DNA from: Candidatus Dormiibacterota bacterium
Lineage (GTDB): Bacteria; Chloroflexota; Dormibacteria; Aeolococcales; Aeolococcaceae
Direction of reading: 5' to 3'
DNA length: 64,000 bases
NCBI GenBank assembly: GCA_963743835.1
Contig: CAVUQX010000005.1
Location: 347,959 to 411,958, forward strand
Shown here: piece by piece, positions 1-7,984 of the stretch
How the letters are laid out: each line of letters starts with the position of its first letter
Position numbering within the stretch: the first letter of the stretch is position 1
Translations under genes and position numbers: made by a program
Notes under the pieces: model-generated
Database searches by the model: none
What the model was told of the DNA's origin: nothing
The model's input: only the letters and a program-made list of their open reading frames with translations

Positions 1-98
1 TCGGAACGCATGCCCGGTCCACACTCTGGGTCGCACCGGGCAACGCTATCCTGTCGGCCGATGTTCACGACGCCGGCCTCCATCGCCGCTCTCGCCGC

Positions 99-882
99 GT
101 GACCGTGCGCGACACGTGGAATCCGAGCCAGTACGAATGTTTTCGCGCGGAGCGCGAGCAACCCTTCCACGACCTGGTCGCGCTGATCACGAAACGGCCC
201 GCTGCTCGCGTGGTCGATCTCGGCTGCGGCACCGGCGTGCTCACCGCGGCCCTGCATCGCGAGCTGCGGGCGACGGTAACGCTCGGAGTCGATTCGTCGG
301 ACGCGATGCTCGAACGAGCCCGCACCCTCGAGACCGGCGGGGTGACATTCATGCGCGGCGACATCGGGGACTGGCAGCCGGATGCGCCATTCGACGTTGT
401 GTTCTCCAACGCGGCGCTGCAATGGGTGGGCGATCATCCAACCCTGTTTGCGCGGCTGAGCGCGATGCTCACGCCGGGCGGCGAGCTGGCGGTTCAGGTG
501 CCCGCCAATTTCGATCACGTCTCGCACACGCTCGCAGCGGACATCGCGCGCGAAGAGCCCTTCGCTGCAGCGATGCAGGGATACACGAGGACGTTCTCGG
601 TGCTCCCGCCCGAGGAGTACGCCGCATTGCTTTATGACCTCGGCTTCGGTGCGCAGTCCGTGCGCCTGCAGGTGTACGGCCATGTGCTCGAGTTCGCCGG
701 ATGCGGTCGTGGAATGGGTTCGCGGGACCCTGTTGACCGACTATGAGTCGCGACTGCCCGAACCGCTGTACCGGGAATTCGTCGCCCGCTATCGGGAACG
801 GTTGCACGCGGCGCTCGGCGATCCGCGCCCGTACTTCTACCCGTTCAAACGCATCCTGCTGTGGGGACGGCGCCCGGACTGA
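99..882 (+). CDS. tam: trans-aconitate 2-methyltransferase (Tam), interrupted by a +1 frameshift near nt 688-700
   Basis: The N-terminal SAM-MTase motif VVDLGCGTGVLT, then ...VYGHVL continues in another frame as SSPDAVVEWVRGTLLTDY...FYPFKRILLWGRR (ORF 634..882). Joined length ~261 aa fits Tam. Confidence 0.6.
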
Positions 883-1547
883 AAGGCCGAAGCGAAAGGA
901 GCACCTGCGTGGAGATCAAGCGGCTCGCCCTCGGCCACCTGTACGTGACCGCTCGTGCCTGGCCCGTGCACGGGTACGTGATCCTCCACGAGCAACTCGG
1001 CGTGGTGCTCGTCGACACCGGATGCGGCGGTCCTGACGAGGTCCTCCGCCATTACAGGGTCGTCAACCGCACGATCGCCGACGCGCTCGGCGACCACGGG
1101 CTCGCACCCATCGACGTCACCATGGTGATCAACACCCACCTGCACTTCGACCACTGCGGGCAGAACCCTGCCTTCGCGCACGCGCCGCTGATGGTTCAGC
1201 GTACCGAGCATGACCGGATGGTTCGGGAGCGGGACGAGGTCACCGAGTGGATCGAAGCCTCCGGCATGGGGTTCGAGCTCGTCGACGGCAGCATGGATAT
1301 TGCCCCCGACCTCCGCATCGTCACAACGCCCGGTCACACGTCGGGTCACCAGTCGGTGGTGGCGACGACTGGTGCCGGTACCGAGCTGTTCATCGGCGAC
1401 GCCGCGTACACGCGGCGGATCTGGGACAGCTCCGGCACCGGCACGCTGCCCGACGGACAGGCGGCCGACATCGATGCGTGGCGCGGCACGCTCGGCACCC
1501 TGAAAGCCCTCACCCCCGATCGGGTGCACTTCTGCCACGACGGCTGA
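861..1547 (+). CDS. MBL-fold metallo-hydrolase (AHL-lactonase-like); start may be GTG at 909
   Basis: HxHxDH motif (NTHLHFDHCGQN), later TPGHTSGH, DTG near the N-terminus. Confidence 0.6.
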   Translation: MGTAPGLKGRSERSTCVEIKRLALGHLYVTARAWPVHGYVILHEQLGVVLVDTGCGGPDEVLRHYRVVNRTIADALGDHGLAPIDVTMVINTHLHFDHCGQNPAFAHAPLMVQRTEHDRMVRERDEVTEWIEASGMGFELVDGSMDIAPDLRIVTTPGHTSGHQSVVATTGAGTELFIGDAAYTRRIWDSSGTGTLPDGQAADIDAWRGTLGTLKALTPDRVHFCHDG

Positions 1548-1560
1548 CCTTCCCGCGCGG

Positions 1561-3120
1561 TCAGGCGACGGCCTTGACGATCTCCTCGCGCAGTCCGGGG
1601 AAGGTGGCGAGATACTCGCGTCGTTCGGCCTTGAGCCGCTCGACCAGGGCGCGATATTCGTCCAAACGGCCCTGGCGCTCGTACAACTTGCGGGGCTGAA
1701 GGATCTCCGCGTCGTCGAGCCCTGGAAGCGAGCTTGCGACCTCGTATCCGAAGTCGGGATCCGGCTCCCACTCGATCGTTCCCTCCGAGATCGCCTTGAC
1801 GATGGCGCTCGAGTACGGGATCGACACCTTCTTGCCGCGCTCGTCGTCGTCGGTGCCGCCGACACGACCGGTGTTGAGCAGATAGACCTGGAAGGTGCTG
1901 CTGTCCATGAGCTCGAGGAACCGGTTTCCCTGCTGCTCGTGACGCAGCGGGAAGAAGGGGTTGGTGCCGGGAACGCGCAGGAACTTGCCGGCCTCCTCCT
2001 TGCCACCCGCGGAGGTGCCGCGCGTCTCGCCGAGCATGAAGTACAGCGCCGCCTGCTCGCGATTGAGGCGCGCCACGCCCGGGATGAGATTGTCATTGCG
2101 ATTGAGGATGAGGAAGTGGTCGACCGACGCCACCTCGCGGGCATCCTTGTGCCATCCCAGCGCATCCATGCGGAAGACGGCGCGGCCGTTGGGCGTGTAC
2201 CCGGTGTCGAAGAAGTCGACGACACCGTCGTCGTTCTGCGAGACGTTCTCGAGGTACGCCTCCGGCTTGACGACGGCGCCGTAGATGCTCGGCTCGAACT
2301 GCGGATCCAGCGCGAACGTCTTCGCAAAGCACCCGTTCTCGGTCGCCACGATCCGTCCGCCCGGGTACAGGGCGACGAAGTCGTCCTGCACGGGCTTGCT
2401 GTCGTTCTGGCGAGTGAATGTCGTGGTTGTCTTGCCGGTGCCGGACAGGCCGATGATCAGGAGCGCCTGATCGCCGCGCGCGGTCGGAACAACCTTGCAG
2501 CCTGCATGCAGTGAAAGCCCACCCTGGTCGTAGGTGAGCTTGTTCCACATCCGCAGCCCGCCCTTCTTCGACTCACCGAAGTAGTCGCTGTTCAGAACGC
2601 GCGTGACCCCGGCCTCGAGGTCGACGGCGATCACGCGATCGTTGGGGTAGCCGGGCGCGTCAAGGTTCGGCGTGTAGATGACCGTGAGCACGGGCGCGAA
2701 CGTGGGTCCCGGCTGCTCCGCCTCGAAGTACAGCCAGTGCTGCATACCGGCGATGTTGGCGTTGGCCGCTTCGATGAACAGCCGCGCAGCGACGCGGTAC
2801 TCGGGATCATTGCCGATGAATCCGTCGATGACGAGCATGTCGTGCTCGCGGATGTACGCATCCTGCCGCGCCGCAATCTTGGCGCCGTCCGCCCTGCTCA
2901 TCGTCTGGTCGGAGTGCTCCTCGGGCCGGTCGGTGACCACGTAGGTGCTGGCCTTGCTTCGCGAGACCACCTTGGTTTGAACGTTGTAGTTGTCGAACTC
3001 GGTGTGCCGGGCGTTGGGCATCCGCGACGTCAACTCGCGCAGCTCCGCGGGGGAGGGGTTCCAGCGGATGGTGCGGGCGCCGGGCAGGGCGCTCGCTTTG
3101 GTGTTGATGACGGCGGACAT
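1561..3120 (-). CDS. pckA: phosphoenolpyruvate carboxykinase (ATP)
   Basis: Full-length match to ATP-PEPCK, including the GLSGTGKTT kinase-1a motif; start taken at MSAVINTK. Confidence 0.9.
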   Translation of the reverse strand: MSAVINTKASALPGARTIRWNPSPAELRELTSRMPNARHTEFDNYNVQTKVVSRSKASTYVVTDRPEEHSDQTMSRADGAKIAARQDAYIREHDMLVIDGFIGNDPEYRVAARLFIEAANANIAGMQHWLYFEAEQPGPTFAPVLTVIYTPNLDAPGYPNDRVIAVDLEAGVTRVLNSDYFGESKKGGLRMWNKLTYDQGGLSLHAGCKVVPTARGDQALLIIGLSGTGKTTTTFTRQNDSKPVQDDFVALYPGGRIVATENGCFAKTFALDPQFEPSIYGAVVKPEAYLENVSQNDDGVVDFFDTGYTPNGRAVFRMDALGWHKDAREVASVDHFLILNRNDNLIPGVARLNREQAALYFMLGETRGTSAGGKEEAGKFLRVPGTNPFFPLRHEQQGNRFLELMDSSTFQVYLLNTGRVGGTDDDERGKKVSIPYSSAIVKAISEGTIEWEPDPDFGYEVASSLPGLDDAEILQPRKLYERQGRLDEYRALVERLKAERREYLATFPGLREEIVKAVA

Positions 3121-3295
3121 GACTCCTCCAATATCCCTGGTCACGATCCCCCCGCTCGACCTCGATCGTCGTTCCAGGCAGGCTTTCCGGACAGCGCGAG
3201 CATAGCAAAGGGTTCCTCGAGGCGTGCCGAGGTAACGGCTTCCGCCGTGTATGGTTGTAGGCTGTCGCTGATGACTTCAAACAGTCCCCAAGCCG

Positions 3296-4231
3296 ATTGC
3301 TGAGGCAACGTCGCTTCGCGAGAAGTCCTGGGTCTTCTTCAACGGTGAGGTCGTTCATTACGCGGATGCCAAGGTCGGCCTGCTCACCCACGGTCTCAAC
3401 TATGGAACCGGCGTTTTCGAGGGCATCCGCGCCTACTGGAACGAGGAGCGTGAGCAGCTCTTTGCGCTGAGCGTCCCGGAGCACTTCGAGCGCATGCACC
3501 AGAACACGCGCGCTCTGCAGATGACCATCCCATGGAGCGTCGAGGAGCTGGTCGCGATCACCGTCGATCTCCTGCGCCGCAACGAGTACCGCGAGGACGC
3601 CTACGTCCGGCCCCTCTCCTTCAAGTCGGCGGAGATCATCGGGGTGAAGTTGCACGACGTCGCGGACAGCTTTGCCATCGTGACCGCACCGATGGGCCTG
3701 TACGTCGGCAATGGCGGCATCCGCTGCATGGTGTCGTCCTGGCGGCGGATCGACGACGCGATGGCCCCCGTGCGCACCAAGTGCACGGGCCTGTACGTGA
3801 ACTCCGCACTCGCCAAAAGTGAGGCCCTGCAAAGCGGGTTCGATGAGGCGATCATGCTGTCCGGAGACGGCCACGTCTGCGAGGGCAGCGCGGAGAACAT
3901 CTTCATCGTCCGCAGGGGCGAGATCATCACGCCGCCGCCGTCGGACAACATCCTGGAGGGCATCACCCGTGCAAAGGTGATGCATCTCGCGCAGGAGGAG
4001 CTCGGGCTCGAGGTCCGCGAGCGGTCGATCGATCGCTCCGAGCTCTACGTCGCCGACGAGGTCTTCCTGGTCGGCACCGGGGCCCAGGTCGCACCCGTGA
4101 TCGAGATCGACCGCAGGCGTATCGGTGACGGCGAGCCCGGCCCGCTCACCAACCGCGTCCAGGATGCGTACCTGAAGGTCGTCACCGGTCGCGACCCGAA
4201 ATACGCCGCCTGGCTGACGCCGATTTACTGA
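3296..4231 (+). CDS. ilvE: branched-chain amino acid aminotransferase (class IV); N-terminal start unclear
   Basis: Collinear with E. coli IlvE (WFNGE..AKV..HGLNYGTGVFEGIRAY ... ENIFIVRRGEIITPP ... GITR). No canonical in-frame start upstream of EKSWVFFNGE. An ATG at 3271 (MTSNSPQADC*) lies in the adjacent frame, suggesting a 1-nt indel, or else a rare ATT/CTG start. Confidence 0.8.
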   Translation: MAEATSLREKSWVFFNGEVVHYADAKVGLLTHGLNYGTGVFEGIRAYWNEEREQLFALSVPEHFERMHQNTRALQMTIPWSVEELVAITVDLLRRNEYREDAYVRPLSFKSAEIIGVKLHDVADSFAIVTAPMGLYVGNGGIRCMVSSWRRIDDAMAPVRTKCTGLYVNSALAKSEALQSGFDEAIMLSGDGHVCEGSAENIFIVRRGEIITPPPSDNILEGITRAKVMHLAQEELGLEVRERSIDRSELYVADEVFLVGTGAQVAPVIEIDRRRIGDGEPGPLTNRVQDAYLKVVTGRDPKYAAWLTPIY

Positions 4232-4266
4232 GCCCCCTGTCTTAGGAACTCAGGCACCGTGGGGGC

Positions 4267-4710
4267 TCAGGCCCGGGCGATCGCGGCCGCGCAGGCGGAG
4301 CAGGTGCCGTAGAAGTCGAGGGCGTCGTGGTCCAGGGCGAACCCGTACCCACCCCTCACCGCGTCGATCAGCTGGTTGACCGCCGTGTCGTCGATCTCCG
4401 TGGTCGACCCGCAGAGGCGGCAGACCAGGTGGTGGTGATGGTTCTCCGCGCACGACGTGTAGACGTGAACGTGGCCCTCCGCCTCGAATCGCTGGGCGAG
4501 CCCGTTCTCGACGAGGAAGTCGAGCGTCCGAAACACGGTTGCGCGGCCGAGGAGCGGGTTCTCAGCACGCAGCGAGTTGTAGAGCTCCTGTGCGCTGACC
4601 GTTCTGCGTGCGCGAGCCAGGGCGCTCGCCACGATCATCCGCTGCAGGGTCAGCCGGTGTCCCTGAGCGGCGAGACGGTCCTTGACGGTGGGCGGTGCTG
4701 CTGCCGGCAC
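4267..4710 (-). CDS. Fur-family metalloregulator (Fur/Zur-like)
   Basis: Fur-like layout with the HHHHLVC..C and C-terminal CxxC motifs (CAENHHHHLVCRLCG..GTCSAC). Confidence 0.8.
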   Translation of the reverse strand: MPAAAPPTVKDRLAAQGHRLTLQRMIVASALARARRTVSAQELYNSLRAENPLLGRATVFRTLDFLVENGLAQRFEAEGHVHVYTSCAENHHHHLVCRLCGSTTEIDDTAVNQLIDAVRGGYGFALDHDALDFYGTCSACAAAIARA

Positions 4711-4714
4711 CGGT

Positions 4715-5794
4715 CTAGGCCGCCCGCTTCAGCCAGCGCTCGGGATGCCGGAGCTCGTCGAGGGTGGGCATCATCTCCGCGGACTCCCAGACTCGATTCA
4801 GCGCGCTGAGCCCGGCGCGATCAACGACGCCGACCGCGAAGTGCTCGCCGACCTCGTACTGGCGCATCTTCATCTCCAGGCCGGTGATGGTGAGCACCAG
4901 CCGCTCGATCGGCCTTCGCTGATGGCGGCGCTGCTGCATGGCCGCCTCGAGCCGGTCGGAGCCGCGAATCGCCTCGCGGCCGGCGCGATGCATGACGAAG
5001 TTGCTGTACCCCTCGAGAACGCTCATCACGGCCTGCACGTGGCGGATCGTCTGCACCTGATTTCGCACCGTGTCGGGCAGCCGGCGAACCATCTGGCTCG
5101 AGGGAAGGAGTGTCTGGCCGTCAGCCGAGAGCGCGTCGAGCATCAATCCGCGCATCACGCTCTCGAGATGCTCGCCGAGCCACGGATGGACCTCGAACTG
5201 CCAGGCATGGGTCAGCTCGTGGAGGATCAGCCAGGGCCGCAGGTCGGTACCGCTGAGATGCAGGTCGCGCTCGATCCCGGCGATGTTGGGCTCGACGAGG
5301 TAGAGGGCGCTCGCCTGACGGGTGTCTCCCGGGACCTCCTCCAGCGCGAGAACCGGGTCGTACTGGCCGAGGACCCGGCGTGCCATCAAGCCGAACAGCT
5401 CGCCGACGTAGCGGTCGAGCACGCGCCGGCTCATGCCGGTCGCCAGCGATTCGGGGACGCTCGCCCGGATGCGCTCGACGGGGGCGAGCAGCCGCTGCAC
5501 CATGCCGAGGTTGGCGTCGATGAAGCCCTTCCGATCGAGGGCGACGAATCGCGGATACGCGGTCAGCGGTACCTGGCAGACCTCGACCAGCAGGGGCGCG
5601 ACCTGCGCCGCCATCTCGGTATAGGCCGCCTCGAGCGCCTCCGCGTTGATACCGGCAGCGCTCCGGAGCTCGCCGCTGCGCGACACGGCGATGCGGCGCA
5701 CGTCATCCCAGTCGACCAGGCGGCGCGGCGTCTGCAGCTGGGGGCGGAGCAGGGCTCGCGCCGACAGCACCGCGCCCGCGCCGACGGCTCCCAC
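4715..5794 (-). CDS. zinc-dependent metalloprotease (DUF2342/F420-associated family)
   Basis: HEXXH motif HELTHAWQ; length and layout typical of the actinobacterial 'zinc-dependent metalloprotease' family. Confidence 0.6.
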   Translation of the reverse strand: MGAVGAGAVLSARALLRPQLQTPRRLVDWDDVRRIAVSRSGELRSAAGINAEALEAAYTEMAAQVAPLLVEVCQVPLTAYPRFVALDRKGFIDANLGMVQRLLAPVERIRASVPESLATGMSRRVLDRYVGELFGLMARRVLGQYDPVLALEEVPGDTRQASALYLVEPNIAGIERDLHLSGTDLRPWLILHELTHAWQFEVHPWLGEHLESVMRGLMLDALSADGQTLLPSSQMVRRLPDTVRNQVQTIRHVQAVMSVLEGYSNFVMHRAGREAIRGSDRLEAAMQQRRHQRRPIERLVLTITGLEMKMRQYEVGEHFAVGVVDRAGLSALNRVWESAEMMPTLDELRHPERWLKRAA

Positions 5795-5878
5795 GGCGAG
5801 CGTGCGGCGGATCTTGTCGCTTCGACTGGCAGGAACTCATGGATCGATCATACGGGGGGACCGCCCGCCGATCGGAAT

Positions 5879-6727
5879 CTACATCGACGACCCCGACCGC
5901 CCGTCGATGTAGACCGGGTGCTCGGGGGGCTTGCCCTCGAGCCAGTAGGCGTCGAGGCGCTCGTCGGTCCAGCCCCGCTCGCGGAGGAACGGCTCGTCGA
6001 GGATCTGCTGTCCGGTGAGCGCCGGCGGTTGGGTGGTGACGATCTCCATCATGGCGTCGCAGAGGATCTCCGGCGATCGCCACTGGCTGCGGTCTCCGAG
6101 GCCCCAGTTGATGCTCGCCAGGCTTTCGATGATGGTCACGGGCCAGAGCGAGTTGCTCGCGATCCCGTCATCAGCGTGCTCGGCTGCGATCCCGATCGCC
6201 AGCCGGGTCATCCCCATCTTGGTGGTCATGTAGGCGACGTGCCCAGGGCTCGGCGTGGTCGTGATCGGCGGCGAGCAGGTGATGACGTGGCCCCAGTGAT
6301 TCGTCACCATGTGCGGCAGCGCGTAGTACGCGCAGAGAAATGCCGCGCGAACGTTGATCTCCCACATCAGGTCGTAGCGCTTCGGCGGGGTGTCCAGGAC
6401 CGGCTGCCACCAGAGCGCGCCCGCGTTGTTGATGAGGATGTCAAGTCGGCCGAAGCGCTCGACGGTGGCATCGACCATCGCTTTGACCTCATCCTCGTGG
6501 CGCACGTCCACCCGTACGGCGAGCGCGGACCCGCCGGCTGCCTCGACCTCTGCCGCGACCGTGTGGATGCTCCCGGGAAGCTTGTCGGTACCGCTCTCCG
6601 ACTTGCCCGTGACGACCACCGACGCGCCCTCGCGAGCGAGGCGCAGCACCATGGCACGCCCGATTCCCCGGCTGGATCCTGTGACCACCGCCACGCGGCC
6701 GTCAAGCGGACGATGTGGCGCGCTCAT
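5879..6727 (-). CDS. SDR-family oxidoreductase (HSDL2-like)
   Basis: VAVVTGSSRGIGRA NAD(P)-binding motif, NNAG, and YxxxK region (HVAYMTTK). Confidence 0.75.
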   Translation of the reverse strand: MSAPHRPLDGRVAVVTGSSRGIGRAMVLRLAREGASVVVTGKSESGTDKLPGSIHTVAAEVEAAGGSALAVRVDVRHEDEVKAMVDATVERFGRLDILINNAGALWWQPVLDTPPKRYDLMWEINVRAAFLCAYYALPHMVTNHWGHVITCSPPITTTPSPGHVAYMTTKMGMTRLAIGIAAEHADDGIASNSLWPVTIIESLASINWGLGDRSQWRSPEILCDAMMEIVTTQPPALTGQQILDEPFLRERGWTDERLDAYWLEGKPPEHPVYIDGRSGSSM

Positions 6728-6775
6728 CGGCGCGCATCATAGGCGCCGCCGCGGTAACCGCACCTCGATCGCGGA

Positions 6776-7470
6776 TCAGGCGACGCGAGCGGCGATCTCC
6801 TTGACGAGGTTCGCGAGCTCGTCGGTGAGCGGTCCCGGCAGGCGGCGCTGGAGTATCTCGAGCACGCTCGTGTAGTACCAGAGCTGGGCGTGGGGATCAG
6901 TCACGGTGAATCGCTGCCACACGGCGTCGCCGTCGGTGCGGAGGTCGGTCACGATGGACCGCGCGTTGTGGACCTTGTCGCAGGCGGAGACGAGCAGGAC
7001 ATCGCTGTCGGCCTCGACGGCGAGTCGCCGCAGATACGTTTCCTTCCGCTCCCGCCATTCCGGCTTCGGCTTCCCGGGTATCGCGACGGCATCGCTGCAG
7101 GCCATGACGATCCGCGCGACCCGGTCCCCGAACTGCTCGTCGATCACCTGGTGGGTCGCCTCGCCGTCCTCCGAATCCTCCACCGCGTCGTGGAGCAGTG
7201 CGGCGATGGCCAGGTCCTCATCGGCGCCGTTCTCCAGGGCCAGCGCGCAGACCGTCATGACGTGAGCCATGTACGGGACGCCGGTTTTCTTGCGCATCTG
7301 CGTCCCGTGGACCGCCCAGGCCAGTGCGAACGCCGCGGCGAACCGACCGGTCAGCGGTGGCGCGGTCTGGGTCCGCTCGGGCACCAGCACATTGTGGGCA
7401 ATGCTCGCCTGCGAACGAAGCACGGCGGGCATGGGAGCCAGAATGGCGCGGTGCGCTTCTCTCTCGGCCA
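6776..7470 (-). CDS. HD-domain phosphohydrolase (RelA/SpoT-hydrolase-like)
   Basis: H..HD motif (AALLHDAVEDS), HGTQMRK; start chosen at MAEREAH because the longer ORF upstream is R/D-rich low-complexity. Confidence 0.65.
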
Positions 7471-7531
7471 TCGACTGCCCGGCGGATTCTGGGGAGGCGT
7501 CTCCACCTACACGCGCCGGCCCCAACATGCG

Positions 7532-7984
7532 GTGCGTCAAGCTGTCCGCGCGACGGGCGCTATCGGCTGCGTGGGCTTCATCGTCCTGCTCGCCGTCCTC
7601 GCGCTCAGCATCACCTACTGGTACATCAGTGTCCCGGTGCTGGGGCTGACGGCCGTCGCGGTCGGCATCACCGTGCATCGCCAGCACGTCAACCGCGCGC
7701 CGGGATCGGTGGTTGCTCCTTTCCCGGCAATGGGTCCGGTCGCGACCACGAGGCCGGTCATCGCCGCACCCCCAGCGCCGGCGCCCGCGCAGTCGCCACC
7801 CCGCGACCCGCGTATCGCGAGCACCCCGCCTTTGACCATGCCCGCCGACACGTTCAAGGTCGGCTCGCTGGTCCACCTCGAGAAGAACGGGAGGCGCGCC
7901 ACGTACTTCGTCGATCACGGACGGACGCCGGACGAGATCGTGCTCAAGCGCGTTTCCGGCACGCCGCCGGCCCCTGATGCCTGA
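7532..7984 (+). CDS. small membrane protein (2 predicted TM helices plus a C-terminal ~45-aa beta-rich domain); first gene of the putative defence module
   Basis: GTG start 61 nt from the divergent HD gene; hydrophobic stretches IGCVGFIVLLAVLALSITYWYI and VLGLTAVAVGITV; C-terminal FKVGSLVHLEKNGRRATYFVDHGRTPDEIVLKRV. Its stop overlaps the ATG of the downstream ATPase by 8 nt. Confidence 0.5.
   Translation: MRQAVRATGAIGCVGFIVLLAVLALSITYWYISVPVLGLTAVAVGITVHRQHVNRAPGSVVAPFPAMGPVATTRPVIAAPPAPAPAQSPPRDPRIASTPPLTMPADTFKVGSLVHLEKNGRRATYFVDHGRTPDEIVLKRVSGTPPAPDA

Noticed and set aside
837-2327. 496-aa ORF on the minus strand overlapping the MBL hydrolase and pckA
   Set aside because: Antisense or overlapping-frame ORF typical of high-GC DNA; Arg/Ser/Thr-rich low-complexity translation; pckA on the same strand in another frame is unambiguous.
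4682-6742. 686-aa plus-strand ORF spanning the metalloprotease and SDR genes
   Set aside because: Antisense to two well-supported minus-strand genes; Arg/Gly/Asp-rich composition characteristic of GC-rich noise.
6890-7531. Upstream part of the 364-aa plus-strand ORF 6890..7984
   Set aside because: The 5' two-thirds is antisense to the HD gene; only the portion from the GTG at 7532 onward (membrane protein) is kept as a gene.
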